A DNA stretch of 58,705 nucleotides, taken from an uncultured Candidatus Saccharibacteria bacterium (lineage in GTDB: Bacteria > Patescibacteriota > Dojkabacteria > SC72). Below, piece after piece: positions 54,436 to 58,705 of this stretch. The position numbers and the translations under genes were made by a program. The stretch is from assembly GCA_964629715.1 (NCBI GenBank), contig CAZVQY010000001.1, positions 1 through 58,705 of the forward strand, in the 5' to 3' direction. Positions within the stretch are counted from its first letter, which is position 1. Every line of letters starts with the position of its first letter. The notes below the pieces were generated by a model. It was not told the DNA's origin and made no database searches. It saw only the letters and a list, made by a program, of their open reading frames with translations.

Positions 54436-55344
54436 ATGGCAGCATACTCAATTCATATCAAGAATTTCTCAAAATCATTTGGGAACTTAAGAGCGGTTGA
54501 TAATCTGTCCTTTGATGTTAATGAGGGAGAAGTTATGGCTTTTCTTGGAGCTAATGGCTCTGGGAAAACTACTACTATCCGATGTCTTCTAAAAATATAT
54601 AATCAAGATAATGGAGAGCTTCTGATTAATAATGAGGAATACAGTGAGAAAATTAATAATAAAATTGGATATCTACCTGAGGAGAGAGGTTTATACAAAG
54701 ATATTACTCCTCTTGAGATATTAGAGTATACAGCTGTTCTTCGTGGATTTACTCATTCGGATGCAAGGTCCAGAGCATTGAAGTATCTTGAGGAGGTAGA
54801 TTTATTTAGTCATCGTGCAAAAAAGATTGCTCAGTTGAGTTCTGGAATGCAACAGAAAGTTCAGCTTGGAACTGCTTTGATTCATGAACCCGAGATTTTA
54901 ATTCTAGATGAACCTTTTAAAGGTTTGGATGCAATGAATAGACAGTTGTTTGTTGAGAAATTCATTGATCAAGCACATAATGGAGTTACAATCCTCTACA
55001 GTACTCATGTAATTGATGAGGCACAGAAAATGTCAGATAGTATTGTGATGATTAAAGAAGGAAAGAGGGTTGAATATGGTTTGGTTTCAGATGTTAGAAA
55101 AAGATATGGCAGTAGCAATATTTTGATTGAATTTAGTGGCAAAGCACCAATGAGAGATACTCCTCTTTATAGATCTACGGTTGCAAATAGAAGTGCGGAG
55201 ATTTCTCCCAAAGATAAAAAGACAGACCCGAATGATGTGATTATGGATTTGATTAAGCATGGTACTAAAATTGAGAAAATGGAAATTGATTCGCCCAGCC
55301 TTAATGATATTTTTATTGAGTTGATGAGCAAGGAAAATGAATAG
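54436..55344 (+). CDS. ABC transporter ATP-binding protein (ABC-2/NatA-like)
   Basis: Walker A is GANGSGKTT, the signature is LSSGMQQKV and Walker B is ILILDEPF, followed by an H-loop. The start is taken at ATG 54436. Confidence 0.9.
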   Translation: MAAYSIHIKNFSKSFGNLRAVDNLSFDVNEGEVMAFLGANGSGKTTTIRCLLKIYNQDNGELLINNEEYSEKINNKIGYLPEERGLYKDITPLEILEYTAVLRGFTHSDARSRALKYLEEVDLFSHRAKKIAQLSSGMQQKVQLGTALIHEPEILILDEPFKGLDAMNRQLFVEKFIDQAHNGVTILYSTHVIDEAQKMSDSIVMIKEGKRVEYGLVSDVRKRYGSSNILIEFSGKAPMRDTPLYRSTVANRSAEISPKDKKTDPNDVIMDLIKHGTKIEKMEIDSPSLNDIFIELMSKENE

Positions 55345-56572
55345 AATAATTGAAGTTGCTAAATTTGAATATCTTAAGATTGTAAAGAAGGCTTCTTTTT
55401 GGGCGTCTACCCTCTTCTTCCCAATCTTTATGGCATTGATAATGTTTGTTTCAGGATGGTCTTCATCTCAGTCAAGTAAGAAAATGGAAGAAGGTCTTAC
55501 CCTTGAGAAAGTATATATTGTAGATAGTGCTGATGTAATTCCTCAAGAGATGATAGTTGAACCAATGGTTGAAATTGATGATCCTGAGAGTGTGAAAGAT
55601 GAGTTAATCACTAATCCACAGATAGTCCTAGTTGTTATTCCAAAGGATTTTATCTCTACTCTAAAATATGAAATATATTACAAGGAGGAAGGTGATTTGA
55701 TGAGAGCTGCAAATGTCCCTGGAATGATGGGTGCTCTTATTGAGAGTGGTGCTGTTGAGCAGATTCAGAATGAGAAGTCGAGAGCTATTCTATCTGGGAC
55801 AGTATCTTCGAGTACATTCATAATAGACTCTGAGGGGAACAGTACGAAGCAAGGTTTTGATAAATTCGTTGTTCCGATTTTATCAATGGTAGTATTCTTT
55901 ACTTCTGTATTCATATCTTCATCATACCTACTTCAGAGTGTATCAAATGAGAAAGAGAATAGGATGATTGAGACAATGCTCTCTATTGTTGATAAGAAGT
56001 CATTAATGATTGGGAAGATGATTGGTCTGATGGGAGTAGTACTGACGCAACTTCTGATTTGGATAATATTTGTAGTATTACTAGCTATTATTGCTACTAG
56101 GTTCATGGATATGAATCTGCCGATTAATTTTGGGAACATTGATTTCAGCACGGTACCCTATACTATTCTAATGACATTTCTTGGATTTATTTTCTTTGGA
56201 GCTATTATGATGGGAGTGGGTGCGATTGGAACAGGAGCAGAGGATAGCAGAAATCTTTCTACTGTCTTTATCATGCTTGCTGTTGCACCGATTTATGTAG
56301 TTCAATCACTCATTATGGAGCCGAACTCTCTAATATCTAGAGTGTTTACATATTTTCCTTTTAGCTCATATATGGTTTCAGTTCTGAGAAATTCTTTGAG
56401 TACATTACCTTCAAATGAATTAATCATAACATTGGTTTTGGGTGTAATATATGTAATTGTTGCAATTCTTGTAGCATATAGATTGTTTGAGATAGGATGC
56501 TTAATGTATAACAGGAGGCCTACTTTTAGAGAGATAATTATGTTTTTGCTTTTAGGAAAGAAAAGAGAATAG
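55337..56572 (+). CDS. ABC-2 type transporter permease (NatB-like topology)
   Basis: An N-terminal TM helix is followed by a ~150-aa extracytoplasmic loop and five C-terminal TM helices. The gene overlaps the ATPase gene by 8 nt and is preceded by AGGA. Confidence 0.8.
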   Translation: MNRIIEVAKFEYLKIVKKASFWASTLFFPIFMALIMFVSGWSSSQSSKKMEEGLTLEKVYIVDSADVIPQEMIVEPMVEIDDPESVKDELITNPQIVLVVIPKDFISTLKYEIYYKEEGDLMRAANVPGMMGALIESGAVEQIQNEKSRAILSGTVSSSTFIIDSEGNSTKQGFDKFVVPILSMVVFFTSVFISSSYLLQSVSNEKENRMIETMLSIVDKKSLMIGKMIGLMGVVLTQLLIWIIFVVLLAIIATRFMDMNLPINFGNIDFSTVPYTILMTFLGFIFFGAIMMGVGAIGTGAEDSRNLSTVFIMLAVAPIYVVQSLIMEPNSLISRVFTYFPFSSYMVSVLRNSLSTLPSNELIITLVLGVIYVIVAILVAYRLFEIGCLMYNRRPTFREIIMFLLLGKKRE

Positions 56573-56596
56573 GACTATCTAACCATTGCCTTTTTA

Positions 56597-56605
56597 TGAT
56601 ATAAT
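56597..56605 (+). promoter_or_regulatory. candidate extended -10 promoter (TGaTATAAT) for the RRM gene
   Basis: The exact sequence is tgatataat, with the -10 hexamer TATAAT at 56600-56605. There is no good -35 element. It implies a leader of roughly 90 nt. Confidence 0.3.
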
Positions 56606-56700
56606 ATAGTTAGCTATAGAAGCTTTCTGTGATAGACTGCTTAGAGTGTATTCTCCCATTTAGTGGTGTAGCGGATTTTTAATTTTTATTAATTCAAATA

Positions 56701-56961
56701 ATGGGTAAAAAGTTATTTGTAGGTAATCTCAGCTGGAACGTCAGAGACGTAGAGTTGAAAGATGCCTTTGCTCCATTTGGGACTGTTGAAGAAGCAGTTG
56801 TTATCATGGACAGGATGAAGAATAGATCCAAAGGTTTTGGATTTGTTACTATGTCCTCCGAGGATGAAGCACAGAAAGCAATTACTGAATTGAATGGTAA
56901 GGAAGTTGATGGCAGAGCTATCAATGTTTCTGAAGCCAGAGAAGAGAGAAGAGAAGAGTAA
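56701..56961 (+). CDS. RRM-domain RNA-binding protein
   Basis: RNP-2 is LFVGNL and RNP-1 is KGFGFVTM. The 86-aa protein has a short R/E tail. Confidence 0.9.
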   Translation: MGKKLFVGNLSWNVRDVELKDAFAPFGTVEEAVVIMDRMKNRSKGFGFVTMSSEDEAQKAITELNGKEVDGRAINVSEAREERREE

Positions 56962-56983
56962 TCTTTTTTGATCTGAAAATTGC

Positions 56984-57015
56984 AGAGGGGGTAGAAATAC
57001 CTCCTCTTTTTTTTT
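56984..57015 (+). terminator. rho-independent terminator after the RRM gene, between convergent genes
   Basis: AGAGGGGG (56984-56991) pairs with CCTCCTCT (57000-57007), giving 8 bp including one G:U pair. The loop is 8 nt and the hairpin runs into a 9-T tract ending at 57015. Confidence 0.8.
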
Positions 57016-57049
57016 GTTGTACTTAAGGATTATTTAGGACGGGGCTTAG

Positions 57050-58705
57050 TTATTCCTCGGCTTGTAGTTTCTCAAGCTGTTGCTTTGCGTAGAAAGTGAG
57101 ATTCTCCCTCTTTGCCCATACTCGTTCTGTACTTTTTAGAAGTTTTTTTCTCAATCGTATATGTTTGGGAGTTACCTCTATTAACTCATCATCTTTTATG
57201 AAAGAAAGTGCATACTCTATACTCAGCTGGATAGGAGTTTTAAGTGCAATCTCTGTTACTTGTGCATGAGACATTCGGACATTTGTTTTATGTCTCTCTT
57301 TGCATGGATTTACTTCAAGGTCATCCTCAGTATTATTTACTCCAACAATCATTCCTTCATACACATCTGTTGAACCTCCTATAAAGAGTCTCCCCCTGTC
57401 TTGTACAAACATGAGAGCATATGCAAGAGCAGTACCAGTTTCCGACGAGATGATTGTTCCTTTCCTAAACAATTCATCTCCTCTCTCATGTGGGACGTAT
57501 TCTAGGATTGCACTATTAATTATTGCAGTACCTTTTGTTGCAGTCATTAAATTTCTATGAAGTCCAATGAGATTTCGAGTTAGGATATGATATGTAAATC
57601 TACTTTGTCCGTCCTCACTCTCCATATTAATCATTTTTCCCTTTCTTTCACTTGCCTCTTGTGTGATAGCGCTAAGATACTCTTCAGGTGCATCAATAAT
57701 TAATTCCTCAAGAGGTTCACACTCTACCCCATCGATGTTTTGTAAAATTACTTCTGGTTTGCCTAACTCAAACTCATATCCCTCTCTTCTTAATTGCTCA
57801 ACCAAGATAGCTAGCTGCAATTCTCCTCTTCCAGATACGTAGTGGGCATTTGCACCTTTACTCTCTATGTTTAGACTAATGTTTAACTTTCTTTCTTGAT
57901 CTAACCTCTGTTGTAATTGTTTTGCGGTCACAAACTTTCCTTCTCTTCCTACAAACGGAGATGTATTTGCTGAGAACTTTACCCTTACTGTTGGTGGAGT
58001 TATCTTTATATCAGGGAGTGCTTCGGGATTCTCTATACTACATAGTGTTGCTCCAATATCAGTTGAATCGATTCCTGTAATTGCAACAATCTCCCCTACC
58101 CCAGCTTCCTCAATTGAGGTCCACTCTAGTCCCACTTTGGTAAATAGTTCATTCACTCTCCCTTGTTTCTTTTCAAATTTCTCCTTGCTTGAAACTAGAA
58201 CAATGGGATTTCCTACTTTTACTTCCCCATTGGAAATTTTTCCAATTAAATATCTCCCTAAGTGCTCGTTATATTCAATACTAGTGATTTGCATCTGGAA
58301 AGGTTTGTTTAAATCTCCCTTTGGGGCAGGAAGATTTGTAATTATTTCATCAAGGATTGGAGTTAAATCTCCATCTGTTGTATCAGGGACTGTTAAATCA
58401 CCAGTTGGGATATCTTTAAATACTTTCCCTTCTCTTGAAATGCCGTAATATATTGGGAATTCTAGTTGTTCCTCTTTTGTTGCCAAGGAGAGGAAAAGAT
58501 CATTTATTTTTGATGTTGTTTTCTCAATATTCGCTAATTTTTTATCTATTTTGTTAATAATGACAACAGGTTTTAGTCCTAGTTCTAGTGCTTTCTTGAG
58601 GACGAATTTTGTTTGAGGCATTGTACCTTCTTTTGCATCTACGAGAAGAAGACAGCTATCTGCCATGTTCAATGTTCTCTCTACCTCTCCACCAAAATCT
58701 GAGTG
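57050..58705 (-). CDS. typA: translational GTPase TypA/BipA, N-terminus truncated by the window edge
   Basis: The sequence LLLVDAKEGTMPQTKFVLKKALELGLKPVVIINKIDK contains the G3-G4 region. EF-G-like domains II, III and V and the BipA C-terminal domain follow. The reading frame stays open to position 58705. Confidence 0.9.
   Translation of the reverse strand, partial: HSDFGGEVERTLNMADSCLLLVDAKEGTMPQTKFVLKKALELGLKPVVIINKIDKKLANIEKTTSKINDLFLSLATKEEQLEFPIYYGISREGKVFKDIPTGDLTVPDTTDGDLTPILDEIITNLPAPKGDLNKPFQMQITSIEYNEHLGRYLIGKISNGEVKVGNPIVLVSSKEKFEKKQGRVNELFTKVGLEWTSIEEAGVGEIVAITGIDSTDIGATLCSIENPEALPDIKITPPTVRVKFSANTSPFVGREGKFVTAKQLQQRLDQERKLNISLNIESKGANAHYVSGRGELQLAILVEQLRREGYEFELGKPEVILQNIDGVECEPLEELIIDAPEEYLSAITQEASERKGKMINMESEDGQSRFTYHILTRNLIGLHRNLMTATKGTAIINSAILEYVPHERGDELFRKGTIISSETGTALAYALMFVQDRGRLFIGGSTDVYEGMIVGVNNTEDDLEVNPCKERHKTNVRMSHAQVTEIALKTPIQLSIEYALSFIKDDELIEVTPKHIRLRKKLLKSTERVWAKRENLTFYAKQQLEKLQAEE

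Noticed and set aside
1-58705. A search for CRISPR arrays, long direct or inverted repeats, transposases, integrases, phage genes, toxin-antitoxin pairs and known defence genes.
   Set aside because: Nothing was found by eye. Intergenic space is minimal, with the largest gaps at about 260 bp (38824-39082), 172 bp (22264-22435) and 128 bp (56573-56700). Every ORF over 100 aa on the coding strand is accounted for. A computational repeat search would still be needed to exclude short dispersed repeats.

Overview
This is an AT-rich, very compact (about 95% coding) bacterial window made up almost entirely of housekeeping genes. I could not identify a clear multi-gene novel system.

Contents:
- tig-clpP.
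- The conserved thrS-infC-rpmI-rplT-pheS-pheT block.
- hisS, tyrS, mutS, recG, rarA, a Rel-family (p)ppGpp synthetase, truB, rsmI, rsmD, rsmH and def.
- A split and rearranged dcw cluster: mraZ-rsmH-ftsL-ftsI-mraY, plus ftsW-murG-murA and an inverted murF.
- pyk, secG, queH, an ABC-2 transporter, an RRM RNA-binding protein and a 5'-truncated typA at the window edge.
- Four tRNAs, all on the minus strand.
- Envelope genes: a sortase with a divergent candidate substrate, PBP1A and PBP2/3, and Ig-like surface proteins.
- One histidine kinase/response regulator pair, plus one orphan degenerate regulator.

Genes overlap or abut at most junctions. Several proteins are domain-reduced: trigger factor lacks a PPIase domain, ThrRS lacks a TGS domain, and Rel is short. 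This is consistent with a reduced-genome lineage such as Patescibacteria/CPR, which is an inference and not proven.

I found no CRISPR array, transposase, integrase, prophage genes, recognisable toxin-antitoxin or defence genes, or evidence of stop-codon recoding.

The most interesting leads are single genes or small modules:
1. An 848-aa PEP-synthase-fold protein in which the phospho-histidine and other catalytic residues are substituted.
2. An unrecognisable 313-aa ORF translationally coupled to clpP, in the slot normally held by clpX.
3. A sortase with a divergent LPVASG-tailed Ig-like surface protein.
4. A convergent, overlapping intramembrane-type kinase/regulator pair with small membrane ORFs.
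5. An unannotated 39-aa membrane peptide wedged between rel and recG.

All functional calls come from motif recognition by eye in the supplied translations. No database search was run.
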